Shown here: positions 17,604 through 26,398 of the stretch, in pieces
Numbering within the stretch: the stretch's first letter is position 1
Layout of the letters: each line of letters starts with the position of its first letter
DNA from: an uncultured Oscillospiraceae bacterium
Lineage (GTDB): Bacteria > Bacillota > Clostridia > Oscillospirales > Oscillospiraceae
NCBI GenBank assembly: GCA_944385665.1
Contig: CALWYB010000006.1
Coordinates: 180-64,179, forward strand
DNA length: 64,000 bases
Direction of reading: 5' to 3'
Translations under genes and position numbers: made by a program
Notes under the pieces: generated by a model
Database searches by the model: none
Told to the model about the DNA's origin: nothing
Seen by the model: only the letters and a program-made list of their open reading frames with translations

Positions 17604-20600
17604 ATGCACGAAAAATTGATCCGTCAGCTCTCCGGACAGGTGGCCGACGCCCTGGTGGAGCGGGAGCTGCCCTACGCCCCCAACCGCCGCGCCGCCCTGG
17701 CCCTGCTGAAGACCCCCGGCTGGACCGAGGAACTGGACCAGCTGCTCCCCCTGCGGGGACGGCTGGAGTGCGACCAGGTCCTCCAGGTATGCGCCCCCAT
17801 CCTGGCCAAGCTCTCCCCCGTGCCCGAGGACGGGTGGTTGTCCTTCTGCTACCGGTATGTCCGAGCCTGTCTGTACCCCAAGGGGAATTTCGCCCCCGAC
17901 GCCCAGGAACATGTGGACGGCGCCCAGTTTTATCTGGCGGTGCTCCAGGTACTGCTGGACTACGAGCGGCAGGTGGTCCCCTTCGACCCCCTCATGGACT
18001 TCCAGTTCCTCACCCCCGAGGAGTATACCCCCTGTGACTGCGGCCGGGAGTACGCCAAGTTTTTGGAGTGCTTCCGGAAGGAGTACGTCTATGAGCTCAT
18101 GCGCCTGGGGCTGGAGGTCACCCCCTTCAGCACCCTCCAGCACATCGCCGGCGTCCACTACATCGCCATGACGGCGGCCCGGGGTCTGGAGAAGGCGGGG
18201 GTGGACATCGACCTGGCCCTCATCTCCGGCGCCGCCGCCGCCCACGACATCGGCAAGTTCGGCTGCCGCCCCGGGGAGCGGGTACCCCACCTTCACTACT
18301 ACTACACCGACCAGTGGCTGCTGGAGCGCCACCTGGACAACATCAGCCACATCGCCTCCAACCACTCCACCTGGGACCTGGAGCTGGAGTCTTTGTCGGT
18401 GGAGTCCCTGTGCCTGATCTACGCCGACTTCCGCTCCAAACAGCGCCGGGAGAACGGCAAGGAGATCACGGTCCTCTATCCCCTGGACCAGTCCTTCCAG
18501 GTCATCCTCTCCAAGCTGGAGAACGTGGACCCCTCCAAGCGGCGGCGGTATGAGTTCGTCTACGGAAAGCTCCACGATTTCGAGGACTACATGCGCTCCC
18601 TTGGGGTGGACGTGGAGCTCTCCGGCCATCCCGAGCCCCCCGCGCCCCACAAGGACCCCTCCCTCATGGGTCCCGCCGAGACGGTGGAGGGCCTGACTCT
18701 GCTGTCGGTGGGCCACAGCCTGCGCCTGATGCACATGCTCTCCAACGAGCGCAAGTTCGGCAACATCATCGAGGCCGCCCGCTCCACCAAGGACTGGAAG
18801 CAGCTGCGGGCCTACCTCAACGTGTTCCAGGAGTACTTCACCTACCTGTCGGTGCGCCAGAAAACCCAGGCGCTCTCCTTCCTCTACGAGCTGCTGGTCC
18901 ACCGTGAGGGCGACATCCGCCGTCAGGCCGGCTCCCTCATCGGTCTCATCATCGCCCGCTTCCACCTGGTCTACCGCAAGGAGGTGCCGGTGGACGAGGA
19001 GAACGACCCCGCCGAGGAGGTCCCCTTCACCCTGTGGGAGCAGTATCTGGACATGCTCATCTACCCCGACCACAAGACCACTCAGCAGCAGCGCTACCAC
19101 ATCGGCTACACTTTGAAGCTGGTGCTGGAGGCTCTGCTGAAATACGCCCGGCCCGGAGACGTGCCCCGGTTTGTGGGTGCCTTCCTGCGCTACTTCCACG
19201 ACCCCCAGGAGAAGGAGCCCGACACCGCCTTCACCCTGCTGGACGCCGCCTGGTACCTGCCCTCCAAGTACTATAACGACGAGGTGCGCCAGCTGCTCAT
19301 CGACTTTGCCGCCTACTGGGCCAGCCAGAACGACCCCCGGCTCACCGTGGCCTCTTTGCTGTTTCTGCGGGAAGCCGCCCGCAACCTCTCCCGCACCAAC
19401 CCCCAGATGGACCAGATCGTCTCCATCGCCAACGGGGTTCCTCTGAAGAGCCTGCCCGTCACCTTCCTGCAGTACCGCATTCTCCAGCGGGCGGGCAAGG
19501 ACACCTCCGCCCATAAGCACGCCCTCTACGACCAGGACATCACCAGCGAGGTCTTTCTGGACAACCTGAAGACCGCCACCCCCTGGGTGGTGAAGGTGGT
19601 GGGCGTGGAGCTGCTGCGGGACCAGGTGGAGCACGGGCTCCAGGAACACATGCTCCACATCTGCACCCACTACTCCAACCTCATCAAGGTGTCCGAGCGG
19701 GTGGTAGTGCGGTATAATGCCGGCGACGCCCTGGTGCGCATCCTGCCCATGCTCCGCCGGGACCAGCGCAACGAGGTGGTCGTGGAGCTGGGCAAGGGCC
19801 TGGAGATGGGCCAGTACGAGATCTCCAAGTACATCCCCCAGTATCTGGGCCAGGCCGCCCTGTTCCTCTACCCCAGCGAGCTGGACGAGCAGGTGCTGTG
19901 GCTCAAGACCCTGCTGGGCTCCCCCAACGACTCCGCCGTCTCCGGCGCACTCAACACCATCGGGGTGCTGCTCCAGCACTACCCCGCCTACCGGGGCCGC
20001 TTTGTGGAGTCGGCCCAGCGCTATGAGGAGCGCCGCCAGGAGCTGCTGGGACTTCTCCTCCAGGGTCTGGCCCACTACCGGCCCCCGGTGCGTCAGGAGG
20101 CTCTGCTGGTCACCGGCAAGCTGCTCTTCGAGAGCAGCGTCCTCTCCATGGACGAGAAGGCCCACCTGTTCTCCCTGAGCTACCGCAAGCTCCTCTTCCT
20201 CATCCAGGAGGCCCCGGTGCAGGACGACGACATGACCTTCTTCTATCGCGCCGCCGCCCTGGCCCACATCAACCGCTTTATTTCCCTGTGGCGGCTGGAC
20301 CACGGCCCCTTCTCCTTCACTGTGCCCAAGAAGGTGGCCTTCTTCCCCGGCACCTTCGACCCCTTCACCCTGTCCCACAAGGGCATCGTCCACGCCATCC
20401 GGGACCTGGGCTTTGAGGTCTATCTGGCGGTGGACGAGTTCTCCTGGTCCAAGAAGGCCCAGCCCCACCTCATCCGCCGGCAGATCGTCAACCTGTCGGT
20501 GGCGGGGGACTTCCACGTCCACCTCTTCCCCGACGACATCCCGGTGAACATCGCCAACCCCGCCGACCTGAAGCGTCTCAGAAAACTCTTCCCCGGCCAG

Positions 20601-22397
20601 GATGTCTATCTGGTGGTGGGCAGCGACGTGGTGGGCAATGCCTCCTCCTTCCAGGAGCCTCCCCGCCCCTGGTCCATCCACTCCATGAACCTGATCATCT
20701 TCCGCCGGGCCGGGCAGCCCCCGCTGCCCAGCGTGGAGCAGATGAACCTGAAGGGGGACGTGATCCAGCTCCAGCTGCCCCCCCACCTGGAGGACATCAG
20801 CTCCACCCGCATCCGGGAGAACGTGGACCTGAACCGGGACATCTCCAACCTCATCGATCCTGTCATTCAGGACTTTATCTACCAGAACGGTCTGTACCTG
20901 CGGGACAGCCAGGACAAGCCGGTACTGGGGGCGGGCGACCTCACCTTCCAGTGGATCGACGACCCCGACGAGCTGCTGGTCCAGGAGCTCACCGCCGGCC
21001 GTCCCGACCGGGAGGCCCTGCGGGAGGGGATTCTCCGGGGCCGGGACCGGCTGCTTCTGCTGCGCTCCCAGAGCCAGGACCAGCTGCTGGGCTTCCTCAG
21101 CTTCCGGTATCTGTCCGCCTCCCAGCTCTTCGGCGCCCTGCGGGACACCGAGCTGGCCAACCGCATCCGTCTGCGCTCGGCGGGCACCACCCTTATCATC
21201 ACCTCCGCCATGGCCGACACCTCCGACCCGCTGAAGGACTATCTCCAGCTGCTGCTCACCGAGGTGCTGGCCAAGGCTCTCACCGACGACTGCATCTACG
21301 GCGTCTACCGCCCCTGCGGCGCCCTGCCTGACCCGGTTCTGGAGGATACCCTGGCCCGCCAGGGCTTCCTGCGCCGGGAGGGGGACACCCCCATCTGGGA
21401 GGTGGACATGAGCGCCCCCACCGTGCTCATCCAGAACCTGGAGACCACCATCCAGGACCCCCTCAACCGCAACCCCAAGGTGCTCGCCGCCATCCAGCGG
21501 GGACACCGGCGGCTGCAGATGGCCCTGACCAAGCTCTACCCCCGGTTCCTGGTGCTCACCCTGTCCTCCGACATCATCCATCAGCGGCTGCTGGAGATGA
21601 TCACCGCCTACAACGAGGTGCCCTCTGTCCCCACCACCCCCCGGAAACTGGGGAAAAATATGTGCGTCCCCTACGGAAAAATGCTCCGGGGCAAGATCGT
21701 GCCCAATACGGTGACCAAAACCATCCACACCGACAAGGTGTACACACCCGATCTCTCCCAGACCACCATGGAGGCCTTCCCCCACTACGCCCCCATTCCC
21801 TCCCAGATCCGCACCATCAAGTCCTTCAACCGGCCGGTGATCCTGGTGGACGACATCATGCACCCCGGCTTCCGCATCAAAGCCCTGGACCCCATCCTGC
21901 GGCAGGAAGAGGTGGATATCCGCATGGTGCTGGTGGGTCTGCTCTCCGGTCACGGCCGGGATCTCATGGACGCCCAGGGCCGCCCGGTGGACAGCGTCTA
22001 CTACCTGCCCCGGCTGCGGGAGTGGTTTGTGGAGTCCACCCTGTACCCCTTCATCGGCGGCAACACGGTGCGCCGCCCCACCTCCCCGGTGCCCGGTCTG
22101 CTGCCCGGCATCAACCACATCCTGCCCTACGCCTCCCCCACCTTCCGGGGGGAATACAGCGAGGACGCTGTCTTTGAGCTGTCCCGCTGCTGCCTGGAGT
22201 CGGCCCGGGACGTGATCACCACCCTGGAGCAGGAGTACCGTATCCTCTACGGCCGGAACCTGACCCTGAGCCGTCTGCCTGAGGCGGTCATCCTCCCCCT
22301 GTGTCCCGACAAGGGCACCTGCCTCCACTACGATCCCAATCTGGCCGCGTCGGTGTATCTGGAGAATGATTTGGAGCAGCTGCTGCGTACACATTAG
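17604..22397 (+). CDS. 1,597-aa multidomain protein: HD phosphohydrolase + helical repeats + NadD/cytidylyltransferase-like nucleotidyltransferase + PRTase-like domain
   Basis: ORF 17148-22397 trimmed to the ATG at 17604 (MHEKLIRQL...). HD dyad AAAAHDIGKF at 18231-18260. FFPGTFDPFTLSH at 20340-20378 and ISSTRIR at 20796-20816 (nucleotidyltransferase signatures). VILVDDIMHPG at 21837-21869 (PRPP-binding-like loop). Continuous coding-like composition throughout. Confidence 0.85.
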   Translation: MHEKLIRQLSGQVADALVERELPYAPNRRAALALLKTPGWTEELDQLLPLRGRLECDQVLQVCAPILAKLSPVPEDGWLSFCYRYVRACLYPKGNFAPDAQEHVDGAQFYLAVLQVLLDYERQVVPFDPLMDFQFLTPEEYTPCDCGREYAKFLECFRKEYVYELMRLGLEVTPFSTLQHIAGVHYIAMTAARGLEKAGVDIDLALISGAAAAHDIGKFGCRPGERVPHLHYYYTDQWLLERHLDNISHIASNHSTWDLELESLSVESLCLIYADFRSKQRRENGKEITVLYPLDQSFQVILSKLENVDPSKRRRYEFVYGKLHDFEDYMRSLGVDVELSGHPEPPAPHKDPSLMGPAETVEGLTLLSVGHSLRLMHMLSNERKFGNIIEAARSTKDWKQLRAYLNVFQEYFTYLSVRQKTQALSFLYELLVHREGDIRRQAGSLIGLIIARFHLVYRKEVPVDEENDPAEEVPFTLWEQYLDMLIYPDHKTTQQQRYHIGYTLKLVLEALLKYARPGDVPRFVGAFLRYFHDPQEKEPDTAFTLLDAAWYLPSKYYNDEVRQLLIDFAAYWASQNDPRLTVASLLFLREAARNLSRTNPQMDQIVSIANGVPLKSLPVTFLQYRILQRAGKDTSAHKHALYDQDITSEVFLDNLKTATPWVVKVVGVELLRDQVEHGLQEHMLHICTHYSNLIKVSERVVVRYNAGDALVRILPMLRRDQRNEVVVELGKGLEMGQYEISKYIPQYLGQAALFLYPSELDEQVLWLKTLLGSPNDSAVSGALNTIGVLLQHYPAYRGRFVESAQRYEERRQELLGLLLQGLAHYRPPVRQEALLVTGKLLFESSVLSMDEKAHLFSLSYRKLLFLIQEAPVQDDDMTFFYRAAALAHINRFISLWRLDHGPFSFTVPKKVAFFPGTFDPFTLSHKGIVHAIRDLGFEVYLAVDEFSWSKKAQPHLIRRQIVNLSVAGDFHVHLFPDDIPVNIANPADLKRLRKLFPGQDVYLVVGSDVVGNASSFQEPPRPWSIHSMNLIIFRRAGQPPLPSVEQMNLKGDVIQLQLPPHLEDISSTRIRENVDLNRDISNLIDPVIQDFIYQNGLYLRDSQDKPVLGAGDLTFQWIDDPDELLVQELTAGRPDREALREGILRGRDRLLLLRSQSQDQLLGFLSFRYLSASQLFGALRDTELANRIRLRSAGTTLIITSAMADTSDPLKDYLQLLLTEVLAKALTDDCIYGVYRPCGALPDPVLEDTLARQGFLRREGDTPIWEVDMSAPTVLIQNLETTIQDPLNRNPKVLAAIQRGHRRLQMALTKLYPRFLVLTLSSDIIHQRLLEMITAYNEVPSVPTTPRKLGKNMCVPYGKMLRGKIVPNTVTKTIHTDKVYTPDLSQTTMEAFPHYAPIPSQIRTIKSFNRPVILVDDIMHPGFRIKALDPILRQEEVDIRMVLVGLLSGHGRDLMDAQGRPVDSVYYLPRLREWFVESTLYPFIGGNTVRRPTSPVPGLLPGINHILPYASPTFRGEYSEDAVFELSRCCLESARDVITTLEQEYRILYGRNLTLSRLPEAVILPLCPDKGTCLHYDPNLAASVYLENDLEQLLRTH

Positions 22398-22423
22398 TCT
22401 ATTACCTTCCTGAGAAAAGACGG

Positions 22424-23000
22424 TGTTCCTTTCTGCTCGCACAGAAAGGAACCAAAGATGCGCCAAGGGGCTTCCTTCATGAACACCTCGCCAAAGGCGG
22501 GTGTTCATAGGCGTCGCCCCCTGGACCCCCATTTACGGGGGCGTGCAACTTTGGATGGTACGAAAGTTCCGGCGGCCCTAAGCTATGACCATGCGTTCTT
22601 CTCCTCTCGGCCCACTGGGGCCTATTGCCATCCAAATTTGAAGGCCGTTGTATGCTAACGTACACCGCCTGGTGCCTGCCTACTTGTTCGGTGCGGTGGT
22701 GGTCGAATTGCCGCCAGCTATTGCCCAGCCGCCCTGGCTATGCCAAGCCAGGCGGCGTGCGTACAGCGCAGACACTTACAAATTTCTGACCCGGCAGGGG
22801 CCAGTGCCCCCGAGGCAAGAAGGACCAGATGGTCATGTTTTCGGAACGCCGGATGTGATTGCCTAACTCACAGGAAGGCGTCCCCCGTAAATGGGGGGGC
22901 CGGGGGTAAGAGACTATGAACACCCGCCGTTGGCGAGGTGTTCATCGGAACGTAACCCCCGGTGCATTTTTGGTTCCTTTTTGGGCAAGCAAAAAGGAAC
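22424..23000. mobile_element. MITE-like non-autonomous element (R1 family, complete copy) with terminal inverted repeats of about 118 nt
   Basis: Left arm 22424-22541 and right arm 22882-23000 are inverted copies. Each arm carries a TTCCTTT(C/T)TG...CA(G/A)AAAGGAA hairpin, an ATGAACACCTCGCCAA(A/C)GGCGGGTGTTCAT hairpin and the CCCCCATTTACGGGGG box. The core is homologous to 26399-26908. No credible ORF. Confidence 0.7.
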
Positions 23001-23049
23001 CCGCCCAACAGGGCGGAACCTGTTAAAACCAAAAACTAGGAGTAATACC

Positions 23050-24288
23050 ATGTTTTATTATTACGAAAAGGACGGAAAAATTCTGGCTTCCGACCGCTCC
23101 GACCTGCCCTACGCCCCCGTCACTCCCCGCGCCGGGGAGCCCATCTTCTACCTGGTGGAGGGCGACCCCATCCTGGGCCGGGGCTCCTTCAAGGTCAACG
23201 CGCCGGGTCAGCTGCTGGCCCCCCACGGCCTGGAGGTGCTGGACGAGAGCCGCCTGCCCCAGCTGGAGCTGGACGGTCCTCTCACCGCCGCCCTGGAGGC
23301 GGGAAAGCTTACGGCGGTGAACACCGGCCGCATGGGCTGGGAGTCCATCCTCACCGCCGCCCCCAACAAGGGGAAAAAGCGGGTCCACATCCTGGCCATC
23401 GGCGACGTGGGCTCCACCCTGCTTACCGGCCTGAAGCTGCTGGGCGGGGACGTCATCTCCACCATCGGCATCTGCGACCTCTCCGACCAGATCACCGCCC
23501 GGTGGGAGTTTGAGATGGGGCAAATTAACCTCCCCTGGGACTACGACGCCTTCCCCGACGTGGAGGTGGTCAAACCCGAGCACCTCTTTGACTGCGATGT
23601 GTTCGTCTTTGTGGCCTCCAAGGGGATTCCTCCCGTGGGCTCCCAGGTGAAGGACGTACGCATGGCCCAGTTTGAAAACAACGCCGCCATCGTCAAGGGC
23701 TACGCCCGCATGACCCGGAATGCCCACTTCCAGGGTCTGTGGTGCGCCGTGTCCGACCCGGTGGACCCCCTGGCCAAGACCGCCTATCTGGAGAGCAACA
23801 AGGACGAGGACGGCAACTGGGACGGCAAGGGTCTGCGGCCCGAGCAGGTCCAGGGCTTCGGCCTGGGGGTGATGAACGCCCGGGCGGCCTACTTCGCCAA
23901 GAAGGACCCCAAGCTGGCCTCCTTCCTCACCGAGGGCCGCTCCTTCGGCCCCCACGGCACCGGTCTGTTTATTGCCAACTCCATCGACCACTACGACGAG
24001 GAAATTTCCCAGGAGCTGACCCATAAGACGGTCACCGCCAATCTGGTGATGCGGGAAATTGGCTTCAAGCCCTACGTGGCCCCCGCCCTGTCCTCCGGCG
24101 CCCTGTCCATCCTGCTTACCCTGCGGGGACAGTGGCACTGCGGCTCCGTCTTCCTGGACGGCATCTTCATGGGCTGCAAGAACCGCTACACCCCCGCCGG
24201 GGTAGAGACCGAGCTGCTGCCCCACATCCCCGACCCCCTGTTTGCCCACATCCGGGAGGCCGCCGACCATTTGAAAACCATTTTGTGA
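23050..24288 (+). CDS. Divergent L-lactate/malate dehydrogenase-like protein with an N-terminal extension of about 135 aa
   Basis: ORF trimmed to the ATG at 23050 with an AGGAG RBS. Rossmann start RVHILAIGDVGSTLLTG, CAVSDPVDPLA (compare LDH NPVD), GVMNARAAYF (compare DTAR), GPHGTG (compare GEHGDS). Confidence 0.65.
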   Translation: MFYYYEKDGKILASDRSDLPYAPVTPRAGEPIFYLVEGDPILGRGSFKVNAPGQLLAPHGLEVLDESRLPQLELDGPLTAALEAGKLTAVNTGRMGWESILTAAPNKGKKRVHILAIGDVGSTLLTGLKLLGGDVISTIGICDLSDQITARWEFEMGQINLPWDYDAFPDVEVVKPEHLFDCDVFVFVASKGIPPVGSQVKDVRMAQFENNAAIVKGYARMTRNAHFQGLWCAVSDPVDPLAKTAYLESNKDEDGNWDGKGLRPEQVQGFGLGVMNARAAYFAKKDPKLASFLTEGRSFGPHGTGLFIANSIDHYDEEISQELTHKTVTANLVMREIGFKPYVAPALSSGALSILLTLRGQWHCGSVFLDGIFMGCKNRYTPAGVETELLPHIPDPLFAHIREAADHLKTIL

Positions 24289-24324
24289 TCTTCGCACCAT
24301 TCTATATTCTCAGAAGGTGAGTGT

Positions 24325-25386
24325 ATGTCCCTGACTGTACTCTATCCCCCCCTCTCCCACAAGGGGGAGCAGGCCCGGCTGGACCGGGTGCTGGACCGGG
24401 CTCTGGCGGGCCGGACCTGCCGGGTGGTGTCCCACGCGGACCAGCTGGACGGTCTGGCGGGAGACAGGCTGCTGCTGGCGCTGCCCCTGGATGAGGCGGG
24501 ACTGAATCTGGAGTATATCGCCATGCTGTCCCGGCTGCGCCGGGAGCGGCAGCTGCTGGAGGGCTGCACCGGAGCCCTGGTGGTGGACGGCCCCGGAGAG
24601 CTGTATACCAAATCTACCGCCGCCCAGGCCGCTCTGGCCATGAACGGGGCGGGGTGCGCCCTGCTGGGCCGCCCCCTGGTGGAGGCCACCGGCTCCCTGG
24701 CCAACTTCCGCATCCAGGCCAAAAATCTGGGCACCGATCCGGCGGGGGCCTATCAGGCCTCGGTGGCCGAGACGGTCCAGCGGCTGGAGCACGAGACCTT
24801 CCCCCGCCACCCTCGGCCCAATCTGGTGGTGCTCCACGCCTCCAGCCACCACACCTCCAACACCATGGCCCTGTGGAGTGCCCTGCGTCCTCGGCTGGGA
24901 GAAAACTGGGACGTCACCGAAATCGGATTGCGCAACGGCACTCTCTCCGACTGCGCCGGCTGCCCCTACACCATGTGCCTCCACTTCGGCGAGCGGGGCG
25001 GCTGCTTCTACGGCGGCGTGATGCAGGAGGAGGTCTACCCCGCGGTGCGCTCCGCCGACGCCCTGCTCCTGCTGTGCCCCAATTATAACGACGCGCTGTC
25101 CGCCAACCTCACCGCCTGCATCAACCGCCTCACCGCCCTCTTCCGGCAGACCCGGTTTTACGACAAGGCGGTCTTTGCCCTGGTGGTGTCAGGCTACTCA
25201 GGCTGTGACACGGTGGCCCGGCAGGTGATCTCGGCCATGAATATGAACAAGTCTTTTTACCTGCCTCCCCGCTTTGCCCTCATGGCCACCGCCAACGACC
25301 CCGGCGAGGCCATGGCGGCCCCCGATATGGAGAGGCGGCTGGACGATTTTGCGGAAAATATGCGCCGCACCTTGGTGCAGGAATAA
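24325..25386 (+). CDS. Two-domain flavodoxin-like / NADPH-dependent FMN reductase family protein
   Basis: 353 aa. The C-terminal half (LVVLHASSHHTSNTMALW...DALLLLCPNYNDALSANLTACINRL) resembles iron-sulfur flavoprotein / FMN reductase. No family recognised for the N-terminal 160 aa or so. Confidence 0.65.
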   Translation: MSLTVLYPPLSHKGEQARLDRVLDRALAGRTCRVVSHADQLDGLAGDRLLLALPLDEAGLNLEYIAMLSRLRRERQLLEGCTGALVVDGPGELYTKSTAAQAALAMNGAGCALLGRPLVEATGSLANFRIQAKNLGTDPAGAYQASVAETVQRLEHETFPRHPRPNLVVLHASSHHTSNTMALWSALRPRLGENWDVTEIGLRNGTLSDCAGCPYTMCLHFGERGGCFYGGVMQEEVYPAVRSADALLLLCPNYNDALSANLTACINRLTALFRQTRFYDKAVFALVVSGYSGCDTVARQVISAMNMNKSFYLPPRFALMATANDPGEAMAAPDMERRLDDFAENMRRTLVQE

Positions 25387-25393
25387 GTACAAC

Positions 25394-25430
25394 AAAAGGA
25401 CCTCTATCCCCCAGGGATAGAGGTCCTTTT
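25394..25430. terminator. Bidirectional terminator between convergent genes
   Basis: AAAAGGACCTCTATCCC-cca-GGGATAGAGGTCCTTTT, perfect 17-bp arms. Confidence 0.8.
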
Positions 25431-25431
25431 G

Positions 25432-26169
25432 TCACATCTGCTCCGGAAGCAGGGTGATCGGGTCCAGGGCGGCCCCCTCCTTGGCCATCTCCAGGTGCAG
25501 GTGGGGCTCCATGGCGCTCTCGGCGATGGCGGTCTCGCCCACCGCGCCGATCTCCGTGCCCGTGTCCACCGTGTCACCCACCGCCACCAGGGGGTCGGCG
25601 GCCAGGTTGGAGTAGGTGCTGGTCATCCCGTCGGGGTGCTCAATCACCACGGTGACTCCCATCATGGGGTCGTCATACACCTGGCTGACGGTCCCCTCCC
25701 CGGCGGCCCAGACCTTGCGCCCCACCTCTGCGGCGATGTCTACCCCCGCGTGGGTGCGCCAGTCTCCCATGGTCTGGTCATAGGACAAAGTCTCCACGGC
25801 AAAGTCCCGCAGCAGCTCTCCCTTCACCGGCCAGGTGTACACCACGTCCCGGGTCTGGTCCTGGGCCTGCTGCTGAGGCAAGGCCTCCGGGTCATCCTTC
25901 TGCTCCGGAACGGCGGATTGCTTGGTAGGAGTGTTTTGCTCCGACGGCGACGGCGTCTCCGCCTTGGGCGCGGTCTGAGCGCTGCTGTCCGGCAGCACCA
26001 CGGTGGGGTTGCCGGTGACGGTCTGGTCTGTGGTCTCGCCGCTCCCGCTGACGGAGCGGATCAAATAATAGCCCGAAATTCCCATTGCGGCTACGCACAG
26101 GAAAAGGACTATGTAAAAGCCCTTTCCCAGCACGAAGTCGCCCAGCTGTTTCCAACGGTTTCGTTTCAA
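25432..26169 (-). CDS. M23 family metallopeptidase (membrane-anchored)
   Basis: Track ORF 25432-26178 starts at a GTG embedded in the RBS. A TTG at 26169, 8 nt after GGAGG, is the more likely start. N-terminal TM. LytM motifs HAGVD and HLHLE. Confidence 0.85.
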   Translation of the reverse strand: MKRNRWKQLGDFVLGKGFYIVLFLCVAAMGISGYYLIRSVSGSGETTDQTVTGNPTVVLPDSSAQTAPKAETPSPSEQNTPTKQSAVPEQKDDPEALPQQQAQDQTRDVVYTWPVKGELLRDFAVETLSYDQTMGDWRTHAGVDIAAEVGRKVWAAGEGTVSQVYDDPMMGVTVVIEHPDGMTSTYSNLAADPLVAVGDTVDTGTEIGAVGETAIAESAMEPHLHLEMAKEGAALDPITLLPEQM

Positions 26170-26241
26170 GGAAACCACCTCCGAAGCCTATTGTGGACAG
26201 CTTTTTCCCCGCTTATACTTCCACCCAAAACATTTTCTTCT

Positions 26242-26354
26242 CCGCTTTCTTGAAAGAAAGCTTGGCAAAGAACTTTCTGCAAAGCTCCGCTTTGCTTCTG
26301 CGCCCGTAATGAAGTTTTTTGTGGGAGTGACTGGTTCCGTCGCTCCTACCTTTT
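26242..26354. repeat. R2-family intergenic repeat (reverse orientation relative to 1846-1960)
   Basis: The reverse complement aligns with 1846-1960. 26242-26280 is identical to the reverse complement of 1922-1960 (39 nt, GCAGAAAGTTCTTTGCCAAGCTTTCTTTCAAGAAAGCGG). A GTGGGAG...CTCC(C/T)AC hairpin is conserved. Confidence 0.75.
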
Positions 26355-26398
26355 CGTTTTTGGAGAGTTCCGCCCTGGGGGGCGGGGAGGCGGAAAGC

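Noticed and set aside
17574-22532. 1,652-aa ORF on the minus strand covering the whole giant gene
   Set aside because: It is an antisense shadow ORF of a GC-rich gene. Its translation is low-complexity (G/A/V/H/Q/L-rich) with no motifs or RBS. The plus-strand frame carries clear enzyme signatures.
22458-22923. Small ORFs with recurring peptides such as ...MNTSPKAGVH... and ...PHLRGTPS... (also 26566-26943 and 26412-26654)
   Set aside because: The recurrence comes from the DNA repeat (the ATGAACACC...GGTGTTCAT hairpin and the CCCCCATTTACGGGGG box) being read in arbitrary frames and orientations. It does not reflect a protein family.
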